Part shown: positions 25,965-38,312 of the stretch, piece by piece
Numbering within the stretch: the first letter of the stretch is position 1
Layout of the letters: every line of letters starts with the position of its first letter
Source: Fimicolochytrium jonesii
Taxonomy: Eukaryota
Length of the DNA stretch: 64,000 bases
NCBI RefSeq assembly: GCF_025526975.1
Contig: NW_026515699.1
Span: 1-64,000, forward strand
Direction of reading: 5' to 3'
Notes under the pieces: model-generated
The model's database searches: none
What the model saw: only the letters and a program-made list of their open reading frames with translations
What the model was told of the DNA's origin: nothing
Made by a program: the position numbers and the translations under genes

Positions 25965-28900
25965 CTATTCTTCCATCTCTAAACTACTCTGTCTCAAGCT
26001 CTGCATACCCGCCCCCTCCCTGTTCCCTCCCCACCCCTTCCTCCCACTCCCTTGCCCATACCAAACCAAAAGATTCGGGTAAACCCCCAAGCAAAACACC
26101 CAAACACTGCCAATACTCCCCAAAAACATCCGGAAAAACACTTTGCTGACCATCGGCATCGGCGAGAGGGCCAACAGTAGCACGGAGAGTAGCGCTCCCA
26201 CGAGGGCGTAGGTGAGCGATACCAAGGTCGCTGTACACCATTTGGATGTCTTCACTTTGTTGGTGCTGTGCGATACCGTTTCGTGGAAGAGGAGGGTGTA
26301 GGCCTCCGATGTCGATAAGGACTCGATGTAGGCTTTTTGGATATACCCCAGGAAATCGTTCGCGATCGACATCGAGATTAGGGCGTTTGCTATAATCAGC
26401 GGGTTTAACTACACAAATCACACATCACAACACCAGTCAATTCTACGTTGAAGTATCGTCGTCGGTGATATGAATGAACGCACCTGGATATTAAGCACCG
26501 GAAGCGATGCAAACACAGTGATGACGGTCGCGAGCATGATGGGTACGGAGAGGAAGGTGCTGCGGGCGTTGGCGAAGAGGGACAGGTTGACGAGGACCGC
26601 TCCGCCTGGAATGCAATCGTATCATGTAAGTGGTCATGTGGGAACAGAGGGGGTGTGAGGAGGACGTACCGATGAAGAGGAGGAGGCCGGATGCTGCTTC
26701 GGCTGTTAGTGCCTCACTGTAACACGAGAGTAGGAGGGGGGATTTAGTGTGGCGGTTCGGGAAATCCCGAAGCTGTGATATATGCGAGACTTACAACACC
26801 CTCGCAACGATATCCACCCTTCCAAACGTCTACAAGAAATCCACGTTAGCGTAGTATCACCTTTCAAAGCATTAAACACCCTCAAATAACTCACCGCAGC
26901 CTCAACCCCCGCCGAATTCAAAACCCCCCTAACCCCCACAACTGCAGGCGTATACTCATAAACTGTTTTCCTATATTTATAATCCACAAACATCCTCGAT
27001 GCGACCACCTGTCCCTCGTCATCGACCTTGATGTTCGCGCGGTGGCATATCCCGCCGTACGTCGTATCATTCAAAAACAGCGCCAACCACTCCCCGGCTT
27101 TCTCTGGAGGTATGATATCTGCCGCCGGGGGTATTTCCGATTTGTGAGGGCTTGCTGCTGTTAGCCAGAGTTTGAAATCTGCGAGCCAGAGGTGGGAGCC
27201 AGGGTCGACGTAAGGGAGGGTTTGGAGGGCTTGGTGGAGGGAGAGAAGCGAGTGTTGAGTTGGGGCAGACAGTTGGTTGGGGGTTGTGAAGACTATTGTG
27301 AAGGTTTCTGATGAGGGGTATTCCTATGATTGAAATGATTTGATAGGTTAGTCCGAGTGGGATGCAACTGAGTTGGAAATACTGCCGTACCTGCATGTTC
27401 TGCGCCAGATATCCTGCCACAGCACCCTTGGAGTTGACGAAATCGAGCACAAACATGTCTCGCTGGATATACGCCATACCGAGAGGTGCAAGGAGCGCAA
27501 AGGCGGCGAATGTACCTATCTGAAAGGTATGCAAAACAGTGAGAAAAGCAATCGTTACCTATGAGACATGTTTGCTTCGAGTATGACACGGTATTCATAG
27601 ATATGCCCTACCGTAAGCCGCTTCCCCAACGACGTCCCAATTAACGCATCGTAGAAATTGCCTAACTTCCGATCCAGCCACGTCAAACTGGCCTCTGTCC
27701 CAGCATGTGCATGCCCATGTCGTGCGGTGTTGTTAGGTAAGAAAGAGCAAAACAAATCATTCCGCCCTTCCCGTATCCTCTGTTCGTCGAGGACGAGGGC
27801 CGAGCTGACGGAGGTGAGCATGAGGAACATGTTGAGCGCTATTGCCAGCGCGCACTGCATGAAACGAGAAGCTCGGTTGTTAATGTAGATGGGAATGAGG
27901 GGGGAAGCGGAGTTCTTACCATGATGCACATGGATGTGATGAGCCGCATGGGCAGGATGCAGCAGAGGAAGAGCCCCAGTGTCATTTCGATCGTTGCGGT
28001 GAAGAGTGCGTACCCGACGCTGTGCATTGTTGCTGCCATCCTATCCGCTGCCGGTAGCTGCAAATCGGGCAAAACCAATCAGCAATCATGCTACGCTGAG
28101 ACAAGAAAAACTCAAATCCCCGCTCGAATACTTCGACGATACACACCTCCCGACTCCTGTCCGCAAACCCCCTTTTCAACAAAAACACGTTATCCAGCCC
28201 AACCCCAAACACAAAAAACGGCATAATCTGCAACGTCAACGGATGCACCGGCACTCCAAAAACCGATGCCATGCCCACGCCGCCCGCCATAGCCACACAT
28301 GAATTCGCCAAGGCAAACAACGCCAGCCCGGCTCGCGATCGCACACGGTCAAAGTGAAAATCACCGAGGGCTAGCGAGGTGTAGGCGAACATGATGATGA
28401 ACCCGCCGAGGAAGAGGAAGGCGGTCTCGGCGACCGTTTGCGAGAGCTCGTCGGTTATGCTGTTGGTCGTGATGTACGTCAACTGAAAACCAGGCCGACC
28501 GTACGTCTCGTCGGAGCCACGCTCATTCGCCTCTGTGACGATTCGCACAAACTCCCGTTCAAATGCCCGGGTCAAGCGGTCTGCGTTGGCATCGTCGACG
28601 GCGGTGAAGAACGGGATGCTGAGTTTGAGAGAGGTGCCGCGTGAAACGAGGCGTGGGCTGTGGGTTGTCCATTCGAGGTCGCCGATGGTGCTCCCGGAGG
28701 CGGCGGAGGAGGATTTGCAGTAGGAGGTGTGTTGGAATGAAAGGGTGCGGTGGATGTGCTGGTCGGTAAGCAGGTCATGGCGGGTGGCCCAGACGTCTTG
28801 CACGGGGCTGCAATGCACCCGAAGGGGATGTGGGACCGGCATACGCGAGTAGAAGGAATGATGTCGAAATGTGTCAATCGAACACGCTACGTAAACCACT

Positions 28901-29455
28901 CCGCTCACAGCAAGCGAAACAAACCTCTGAATAAAGCATCCCACCTCCCCTCCGCTCGTCAACACTTTGACACAGATATCATCCAACCCCTTCATTCCCG
29001 TCCCCCCACCCGCGTTCACCTTGATCCCCATGATCGTTTCCTGCAAATCAAAGAGCGCAAGAAGAAACTTGTGTTGGATCACGGACGTGCCGGGGACGGT
29101 TGGTCGGAGGATCAGGCTGACGCCGCCACCTCTATAAGGAGATATGAATCAACTTCGGAAACAACGATGGATAGCGCCGTTGGCAGGCATATTTGGACAG
29201 CCAGACTTACTTTCCAAAAGACGCCTCAACCTTCTGCTGCTCCATCTGTACCGCGCTGCCCGCCGCCGAAAGCAATTTGACCGGATCGCTTTCCCAATGG
29301 ACCTGAAAGAGCCCCAGGCACGGAACCAAACTGCAGAGCAAGGCGATGGTGATGCATCGTTTTGGATTCGTTGAGACGTTATGGGCTAGAGCGTCGGCGC
29401 CGCTGTCGACATGCCGGCGGATGGCGGTGTGCAGGTTGACGAGGTACTGGCCCAT
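25965..29455 (-). CDS. Patched-related / NPC1-like sterol-sensing-domain RND protein, multi-exon
   Basis: N-terminal TM followed by ESDPVKL, a luminal loop (LDDICVK..CFIQ), the SSD with MPFFVFGVGLDNVFLL (GxxxD), and a second TM bundle LNPLIIANALISMSIANDF. No NPC1 N-terminal domain. Confidence 0.85.
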
Positions 29456-29817
29456 TTTTCTGTCGATGCTGACGCAATGAAGGCCAACTGTCTTCTGGGT
29501 GGGATAGCAGCTGGGTTAAGTAACATCCATCGAGTCCATCAATCACGTAGTAGGGCGGCGGGCTGAGAAGGAAACCCCACATCCCATGCGATGCGAAATT
29601 TAACTCTATTTCCGTGAAGGACGATCCCTCCTCTTCATACCTACCCGACTCAATACCAAGGCATTCATTCAACACAGCCTGGGCTGAGCACATCGATCCG
29701 CTTAAAAGCAGAGGAGTGAGACTAATCCCCGCACCTGCCCCAAATCGTTATCCTATGATCTATACATCGATCTAGTCCTATTCGCAACTTCCACTCGCAA
29801 TCCCCCACATCTCCATC

Positions 29818-32800
29818 ATGAAAACCTTCTACCTATGCATCGCCGTCGCCCTCCTCAGCGCCAGCACAGCCGTCGCTCAGCCGCGCCACCGCGGGGCGCC
29901 CCAGCCCATCCGGAACATGTTGCGCCCAGACATGCGGGTCCTGCCCGTCAACACCGACAAAGACGCCCCCCCGCAAGATGATAAGACGGGAAGCGTTAAG
30001 CGCCGTGACGGCAGCGGCCTTCTCCCGGATACCTCGGCGTTGCCGGGTGGGAAGGGCTGGACGAGCCTTGTGAGGCATGAGTGTGGTGGGGGGTTTGAGT
30101 TTGCGCCGAATCTACCGGTAGGGATCGGCTGCTCGTGTGATTTGGGGGTTCGCATACGCAATGGACCTGATGTGTGGATGACCCGTGTCTTTCACATGCG
30201 CAGATCGGGTTCAATATTGATGTGCCATCTATCGAACGGGGTTTGAGCGCTGCTGTGAAACGAGCCAAGAAGCGTGCAAAGTGCCGATGCCCAACTCGTA
30301 GGTCGCATTTAATTCTTTCGCTGATGTATCAATGCTAACCACCGATGCACCCACCCCTCATCTTGGTCAAAGTGTCCGACGACGACTATGTGAGTCCCCT
30401 CCACACGCCTGATGCTCAAGTTACCCTCAACGTGATCTGAACGTTATACGAATATATATCACAGGACCTCCTCTTCGACCCAATGACAGCCTGGCTAAAC
30501 GCCGTCGGCAACACCACCGAGCCCACCACCCAATGCCCCGGCCAGTTCCCCGTCAACCTCCTCGACTTCGCCAAGGCCTACGACTTTATCAACTGGCCCA
30601 GTAAGTTCTTTCCTTTCCCCCGTCCCACCGTCCCACCCCAACACATAACCCACCTATGTTGCTAGCAACCTGCACGCTCGCGGGCTGGCGCTCCACGTCC
30701 AAATGCACGCTCCAACAGACCTTCCCAGCCATGTCGGTCTCCATCGGCGCCGCATTCTGGAAATGCCCCAACAGCCCGCTCCCCGGGTTCGCGCTCAACT
30801 GCCTGGGCGAGAACTGCAAGACGATCCTGCAGCCGTGCTCCAAGGACGCGGATTGCGCGGGGGGCAGCGTGGCGTGCGCCCTGTTTCCGTCGTCGACGGA
30901 TCTCGCGGCGGTGCTGAAGGAGCAGGCGGGGTTCCTGAGTGATGTGTTGAAGGGGATGAGTCTTTACGAGGATGGCGAGGTGAGACCTTGCATTGCAACC
31001 CGAGTCACGACAATGTGATTTCGGGCGCGCAGGGTGTTGGAATGCTGACGGTTGTTTATGGACTGCGGTTTAGGCCCCCGGATGCTTCAACGACCCCGCC
31101 GACACGACCATCACCAACAACCTCGTGACCAACATCCTCACCTACGTCCGGTCCTGGTTCCCCAACACAGGCGTCACCGACGTGTTTGGGCTCTGCGGCT
31201 TCGGCAGCTTCAAGAAATCCAACCCCGGTTACGGCCACACGACATCGTTGTTCCCGGTGGGAACGGCGCCGCCGACGTGTTTTGATAGCGTGATGAATAT
31301 GCAGGTTACCGGGAAGGGGTTGGTTGCGTGGGACGGAGCGATTGGGGGCGGGAAGAATGCGGTGGATGCGGGACAGACCGTTTTGGAGCCGACTTTGAGA
31401 GGTACGAGTTTTGACATCACATGTCCTTGCTATTCATCTCGGGGGTGGTGGTGGTGGGTTCAATCCAGCTTGGGGGGTCACCCTCGCAAACGATCTAATC
31501 CGTCGTTTGCGTTTCGACATCTCCCACCCCGATCCACAGGCGTCCTCGACCGCCCGCAAACCACCCTAACCCCGCCCAAAGCCCGTCTCGCGCAAGCCAC
31601 CTGCACGGGCGAATTCCTCTTCCTCGACGGGCTCATCCGGGTCCGTTTCAACCCCACGGGCCTGCCCGCGCTGCTCAGCTACGTCCAACAGCTCGCGAAA
31701 ACACAGCAAGAGTGCCGCATCGGGAAGAGTCTGACCGCGGATCAGTTCAGCGTGCGGTGGGGGATGTACTCGCTCGATCCGTGGTTGTTTGCGGCGGATG
31801 CGGGGAATCCCGGGACGTTCAAACTGGTAGGGCGCCCCCCCCTCGACCACCCCTTTCGATCATACGCTTACGATTTCCTAACCAACCCCTGGATGTCCTT
31901 TCCCCCCATCAGGGCGCGGCTCTGCCCGGCGGTGCGTTGGATTGGATGACCGATTTCAAAAACGGGATAGGTACGTTTTTTCTTGCTACCCCCAACTCTC
32001 GCTTTGCACAGCACATCCCCCCGACAGCGCACAACCACCTTCCCCTCCTCACCACATCTCCCCGCACGTGTCACTCAGCCCCAACAACCCTCGCCCTCCC
32101 CTCGACCTGCTCCTTCACCACCTGGCTGCTAACCGGCACCTGCAACATCGAATACACCGGCCTCGCCGAGCTGCTTCAGCTGGACGTCAAGGTGCAAGGC
32201 AACGCGCAGAAATGCTCGGGGGCCATCTGGCCGTCGTTGAACCTCGATTGTGTGGGGGCCGACTGCCAGTACTTGATGACGGCCAAGCCGTGCGCGACGG
32301 TATGGGCTCGGATCGCTGCTGGTCTTTTTCATATGTGTGGGGACATTTGGAACTCACGGACGTCTATGTATGTAGGGCTCGGACTGCGGGGCCAGCGCGC
32401 TGTGCACTCGGGTTCCTGAAGGCATATTGCCCAACGACAAGGACATCACGATGCCCGATCTTCTCGGGATGAGTCTGTTCACCAACAACGCGAGCGCCAA
32501 CATCTGCAACGTGTTCGACCGGAAGTTCAAGGACGGCTCGGCGTGCGGGGCTGCGAGCGTCGTGGACCAGGATTACGACGTGTTGGCGCAGTTTGTTTTC
32601 GGGGGGGTGCCGAATGTGAGTTTTGAACGTCCCGAACCGACGACGCTCTAGCGCTTTTGATAAGGGGGGCGGATGGGGGGGAAACGATTGCTAAACCGCG
32701 GGGGGCGGGCCGCCCCTCTTTTTCGCGATCCGCAGGAAAACCCCAAGAATGGAAGGAAATACTGCCTTCCCAACACCGACTTTATCCACGGCGGCCGTAT

Positions 32801-34146
32801 CACCGCTTGGGCCAAGAAACAAGCCGTCGTCAGCACCGACAATGTGGTGACGATCCCCAGTCTAGGCGCGCTGACCAGCTACGTTGACCCGGATCCGTCC
32901 TCCTCCTCGGGGACGGCCTCGTCCTCCCCGAAACAAACCTCCTCGGGATCTTCCTCGTCCTCGGAAACCTCCTCCTCTCTCCTCCCCCTCGGCAGCGTCT
33001 GCCTGCAATCCTCGTCGTGCGCCAGCAGCAACTGCATCGGCAGCGTGTGCGTGCAGCCCAACCTCAAGCCCGCCGACGCCGATTGCAACAAGGACAAAGA
33101 ATGCGCCAGCGGCGTGTGCGCCTCGTCCGTCTGCGCCTCGTTCTTCTCCGTCGCGGCCGGCGGGCAGTGCACGATCCACGCGCAGTGCGAGAGCGGGAAC
33201 TGCGTTGACCGGTTCTGCGCGGCGAGGGGGAAGGTGGGGTTGAACGCGGGGTGTGCGGCGGATGGGGAGTGTGCGAGTGGGAGTTGTTATGCGGGGGCGT
33301 GTGTGGTGCCGGGGAAGAAGGGCGCGGTTGGGGGGAGTTGCAAGGCTGCGGAGGAGTGTGAGAGTGCGACGTGTGAGCAGGGGAAGTGTGCGTTGAAGGT
33401 CGCGGCGAGTGGGAAGGCGTCGTTGGTTGCTGTGCTTGTGCAGGTCAAGACTGGTGAGTTTACTCCATCACTGAATGCAAATGTCGAATATCCGGTTGAT
33501 GTACATGTACTCGAAGCGGAAGCCCACTCACCCATTGTTGTATTGTATTTCCCTCGCTTTCTTACGCACAGGCTTCACAGCAAACACAACTGCAACCATC
33601 CGAACCCCCGGCAACCTCGCCCTAACGCTCGTCCCCGGCGACAACGCCCAAGTCAACGTCACCGTGTCCCCGGACCCGCCCAGCGGGGTCACTGCCCTCG
33701 CCAAGGGTCTCAACACGTACTATCACTTTGACACGGACTCAGCGTCGTTTGTCGCAACCTTGGTCGTGTCGTACACCGATGAAAGTAGGTTTGCCTTCAT
33801 AGTCAGACAGCAGGTCAGACTGACGCTGACGATGTAGTCTCACCCAATTCTTCCCTTTTCATTGGCACCAGTGCTAGCCACCCTCGGCGTGACGCCCGAG
33901 AAGCTCAAGTGGGCGCGGGCGTCCTCCTCGGGCGGGGCCTGGCAGGAGGTAGAGACGAAGGTGGACACGAGCAACAAGAAGGTGATTGCGTCGACGAGCA
34001 CGTTCTCGACATGGACGATTGGGGCGTCGTCGTCGGCGGCGGTGATGCGGGGGGTGCACGGTTGGGGGTGGTGCTGGTGGGCGTGTTGGTGGGGATTGTT
34101 GGGCCGAGCTTTGTTTAGGGTGTGGTGTGAGGGGGGTGAATTGTAA
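29818..34146 (+). CDS. Large secreted Cys-rich surface protein, multi-exon, possibly GPI- or TM-anchored
   Basis: Signal peptide, a KRR pro-site, a Cys-rich body, a Ser-rich linker, five C-x5-C-x-S-x2-C-x4-C modules, a beta-rich C-terminal domain and a hydrophobic tail. Confidence 0.7.
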
Positions 34147-34652
34147 CACTCAGTGGTGTGGCGGGGAATGGAATAGTGTCGTTTTTTTGCGTTGACAATG
34201 CCGTCGTGCAAGAACAAGAAAGGGAGGTTTGCGAAAGTCATATTCCCATTGCTATGCATTGATGATGTGAAGTCGGGCTGTTTCCCAACTAGGTTGCCCT
34301 GCCCCCAAGAGTCTTCCTACTAGTGTCCCACGGTGTGCTTGCTTTCCTGCGTGTTTGAGATATGGGAGCGGGAACAAGCGGAGAAGGGCGGTTTGACAGT
34401 TTGACGTGGATGAGTCACCAAACGCGTGAATTCGACAGGCTCCTCCAACGTCAATTCGAAGTTTGGGGTCCAGCACTTGTGGGCAAGCAAGCTCCCCCCA
34501 GTCCCTCCCAACCACTCAACAGCCATCGCATCGCATTATACCCCCCCAATTGCGATGTTTATAAAGCCGCCCGCCCTTCTCCTTTCGCCGCTCCTCAACC
34601 AAGTCACCACCACCACCCGCTTATCCCCGACGAGGAATCAAAAATCCCAAAA

Positions 34653-35518
34653 ATGGACATCGCACCCCGTCAAATCCGACGCCCCAGACCGGCTGCTGCC
34701 CCGGCAACCACCACCACCTCCACCAGCACACCCCCATCGCCACCCAACCCGATGCGCATTGCGATCGCGCACAAGCAAACCCCCGTGGAAAAGATCCGCA
34801 AACGCTACCCCGGCGGGTGCACGATTGTCGATGTGACGTCCAAGGCGGAGATGCCGTGGCGGAAACTATCGCCGTTCTGGCCGCATGGGGGGTTTGAGGT
34901 GCCCACTGAGAAGGGGAGGGTGGGTGAGAGTGTTGAGGGTGTCTGGTGAGTTGTATTCGTAGTAGTCAAATCACACACTCTCCCATTTTTTTTCCTTCCG
35001 CAAACTGACTCTCACCCCCATCCCATCCCATCCCAACGCACGCTACGTGTACTGTAGGCAAGGCCTCAAAGTATTCACCAACGAAGGCCCCGACACCTCC
35101 CGCCTCCACATCACCGACCTCACCAACCTCAAACGCGGCCGTTCCGCACGCCGTGGAGACGTCCTCGGGCACGCTCTCACCTTCGCTCCCCCTGCCTCCG
35201 AGAGTCCACCCCTCATGGACTACGTCACAGCGCGAAAACGTGTATACCTCCCCCTGTACGCACAACAACTAGCGCGTGTGGATGAGGAAGTGGAGGAGTT
35301 GAGGCGGCTGAGTATGGAAGGGACGCTGGTGTTGTTGGATTTCGGGACGAATGGGACGGTGGAGGATTTGAGCAAGCCGTTGAGTCATGCTGCTTTGGTG
35401 GGTGCGGGGGTGTTGCGGACCGATTTTTGGTTCATATAAGACAGACTCATTCTTGTCACCTTCTTTCGATATTCAGATCAAAGCGTTCTTGGAGGATAGG
35501 TATCCCGCGTGCGAGTGA
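34653..35518 (+). CDS. DUF6939-like protein (bacterial-type family), 3 exons
   Basis: Motifs IVDVTSKA..PWRKLSPFWPHGG, SVEGVW|QGLKVF, DYVTARKRVYLPLY and LVLLDF.TNG.VEDLSKPLSHAAL|IKAFLE. Introns 34946-35057 and 35398-35476 restore the frame. Confidence 0.75.
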
Positions 35519-35910
35519 ATGAAGGATTGCAGGAGAGTTAGTCACATGAAGTGGGCTGGACACAGTAGATACTGTAGTTCTCCCTCCCCCCAGACAGTGT
35601 ATGTACAGTAGGCATTTCGAGCGTGCTCCACGACCTCCTATTAGACTCGCCTCCATCAGGGAATCATGTGTCCTCGAGAGTGGGAATGGTGGGATAGAGC
35701 ACGTGATGAAGCGTGACGGGAGCGAAGAAGTAGTCAGACTGCAGTGGGCGCACGCGGGAGATGCATTACGGACCACGGTAGTCATTGCAGCCCCCCCGCC
35801 CCCCCCCCGTGCTCGCTACAGTATGGCAGCCCGCCAGCGCAACCCACCAACAACAACAAAGACGGCGGCGAGAGAGACAAGACACACACACAGCCAACAC
35901 AACTCACAGC

Positions 35911-37165
35911 ATGCTCCACTCCCACTCCCACTCCCACTCCCACCACAACCCACTACTGCTCCCTCCACAACAACAACCACCACCACCGCACTCCCCCTCT
36001 CCTCCTCCCCCTGCTCCTTCCAACCCCGATAAAGAACAAGCAGCAGCAACGAAAATACAAGCCGCTTTCCGCTCCCACCGCACAAACAAAGCACTCGCCT
36101 CCCTCGCCGCATCCCCCTCCCAACTCTGGTCAACCGCCCTGCAAAACGCCCGCATCGCCCTCTTGCACGAACACAACGCTACTTGGACCGCCGCCCAAAC
36201 CCTCCCTTCAGCCCCAAACTCACCAACAACAACAACAACGCGAGCCATATGGAAACGCGGTGCACTCCTCACATCCATCCTCGGCAAGGGCTCAGCTGGA
36301 ATATCCAGTGACAAGTCACTTACCTTACTCACCGAGCACTGGTTGGAGAGTTCAGATGGCTTGCATCGGTATGGGAGTAACTTGAAGCCGTACCATGAGT
36401 TGTGGGTGCAAAGCGGGACCCCACAGCCGTTTTTCTATTGGTTGGATCATGGGGACGGCCGTGACGTGGATTTGGAACGCGAAGGGAGGAGTAGGGAGAG
36501 GTTGATGAAGGAAAGAGTGAGGTATTTGGATGAGGTCGAGAGGAGGGCTTATGAGGTAACGTGTGGTGGACGACCGACCGCGACGACACCCTTTTCATTT
36601 TCTCTTCGCGACTTTTGAATCAATGTTACTATAGGTGACAGTAAACGACGGTCTACTCATCTACAAAGAAAGCGGCGACCCCGTCCACACCCTCCCTCCC
36701 ACCACCACCTCCTCCTCCTCGGGCGATATCCTCCCGGACTCGGACCCCAACGACACGGAAGAAGAGCGCCTGCGCAAAAAACGCCTCCGCAACGCCTACA
36801 AACACATCTACATCCTCTCCCCGACGTCCCAACTCTACATCGCCCGCAAACAAAAGGGCCAGTTCCACCATTCCTCGTTTTTGAACGGGGGCACCGTGTG
36901 TGCCGCGGGCGGCATCGTTGTTGACAGGGGCAGGTTGAGGAAGATCAATACAAAGAGCGGACATTATCGCCCCGGGAAGATTAACGTGGGTGAGGTCGTG
37001 GGCGTCTTGACCGGGTGGGGGGTCAACATGGAGGGCGTTGTTGTCAGTAATCCGTTTGATCAGGAGGGGGATGGTGATAATGGCCATGGCCATGATAGTC
37101 CGTCTGTTGCCGGTGTGAGTCCGACGAGGGAGGAGGGGGACGGGATTGAGGGGCTTTGTATATAG
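35911..37165 (+). CDS. IQ-motif calmodulin-binding protein (IQM-like)
   Basis: IQ motif AATKIQAAFRSHRT, plus HWLE..D..HRYGSNL, QPFFYWLD.GDG and GQFHHSSFLNGG...SGHYRP. Intron 36556-36634. Confidence 0.85.
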
Positions 37166-38312
37166 GTTGTGGGCGCATAATTCTACTCCTGACGCAATAG
37201 ACAGACAGCTAGACATTGCCCGCAAACAAAAGGGCCAGTTCCACCATTCCTCGTTTTTGAACGGGGGCACCGTGTGTGCCGCGGGCGGCATCGTTGTTGA
37301 CAACGGCAGGTTGAGGAAGATCAATACAAAGAGGGGACATTATCGTCCCGGGAAGATCAATGTCGGCGAGGTCGTGGGCGTCTTGACGGGCTGGGGGGTC
37401 AACATGGAAGGCGTTGTTGTCAGTAATCCCTTTGATGAGGAGGGGGATGGTGATAATCGCCATGGCCATGATAGTCCGTCTGTTGCCGGTGTGAGTCCGA
37501 CGAGGGAGGAGGGGGACAGGATTGACGGGCTTTCTATATAGGTTGTGGGCGCATGATTCTACCCCCGACGCAATTAGACAGACAGCTAGACATCGCCCGC
37601 AAACAAAAGGGCCAGTTCCACCATTCCTCGTTTTTGAACGGGGGCACCGCGTGTGCCGCGGGCGGCATCGTTGTTGACAACGGCAGGTTGAGGAAGATCA
37701 ATACAAAGAGCGGACATTATCGCCTGGGAAAGATGAACGTTGGCGAGGTCGTGGGCGTCTTGACCGGGTGGGGGGTCAGCATGGAGGGCGTTGTTGTCAG
37801 TAATCCGTTTGATTAGGAGGGGGATGGTGATGATGGCCATGGCCATGATAGTCCGTCTGTTGCGGGTGTGAGTCCGACGAGGGAGCAGGGGGACGGGATT
37901 GAGGGGCTTTGTATATAGGTTGTGGGCGCATAATTCTTTTCCCGACGCAATTAGACAGACAGCTAGACATCGCCCGCAAACAAAAGGGCCAGTTCCACCA
38001 TTCCTCGTTCTTGAACGGGGGCATCGTTGTTGACAAGGGCAGGTTGAGGAAGATCAATACAAAGAGCGGACATTATCGCCCGGGAAAGATCAATGTCGGC
38101 GAGGTTGACCGGGTGGGGGGTCAACATGGAGGGCGTTGTTGTCAGTAATCCGTTTGATCAGGAGGGGGATGGTGATGATGGGCATGGCCATGATAGTCCG
38201 TCTATTGCCGGTGTGAGTCCGACAAGGGAGGAGGGGGACGGGATTGAGGGGCTTTGTATATAGGTTGTCGCACATAATTCTACTCCCGATGCAATAGACA
38301 GACAGCTAGACA
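36837..38312 (+). repeat. Four tandem copies (~376 bp) of the IQM 3' coding end plus 3' flank
   Basis: Copies start at 36837, 37213, 37590 and 37967. Later copies carry substitutions, a stop codon and deletions. Confidence 0.95.
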
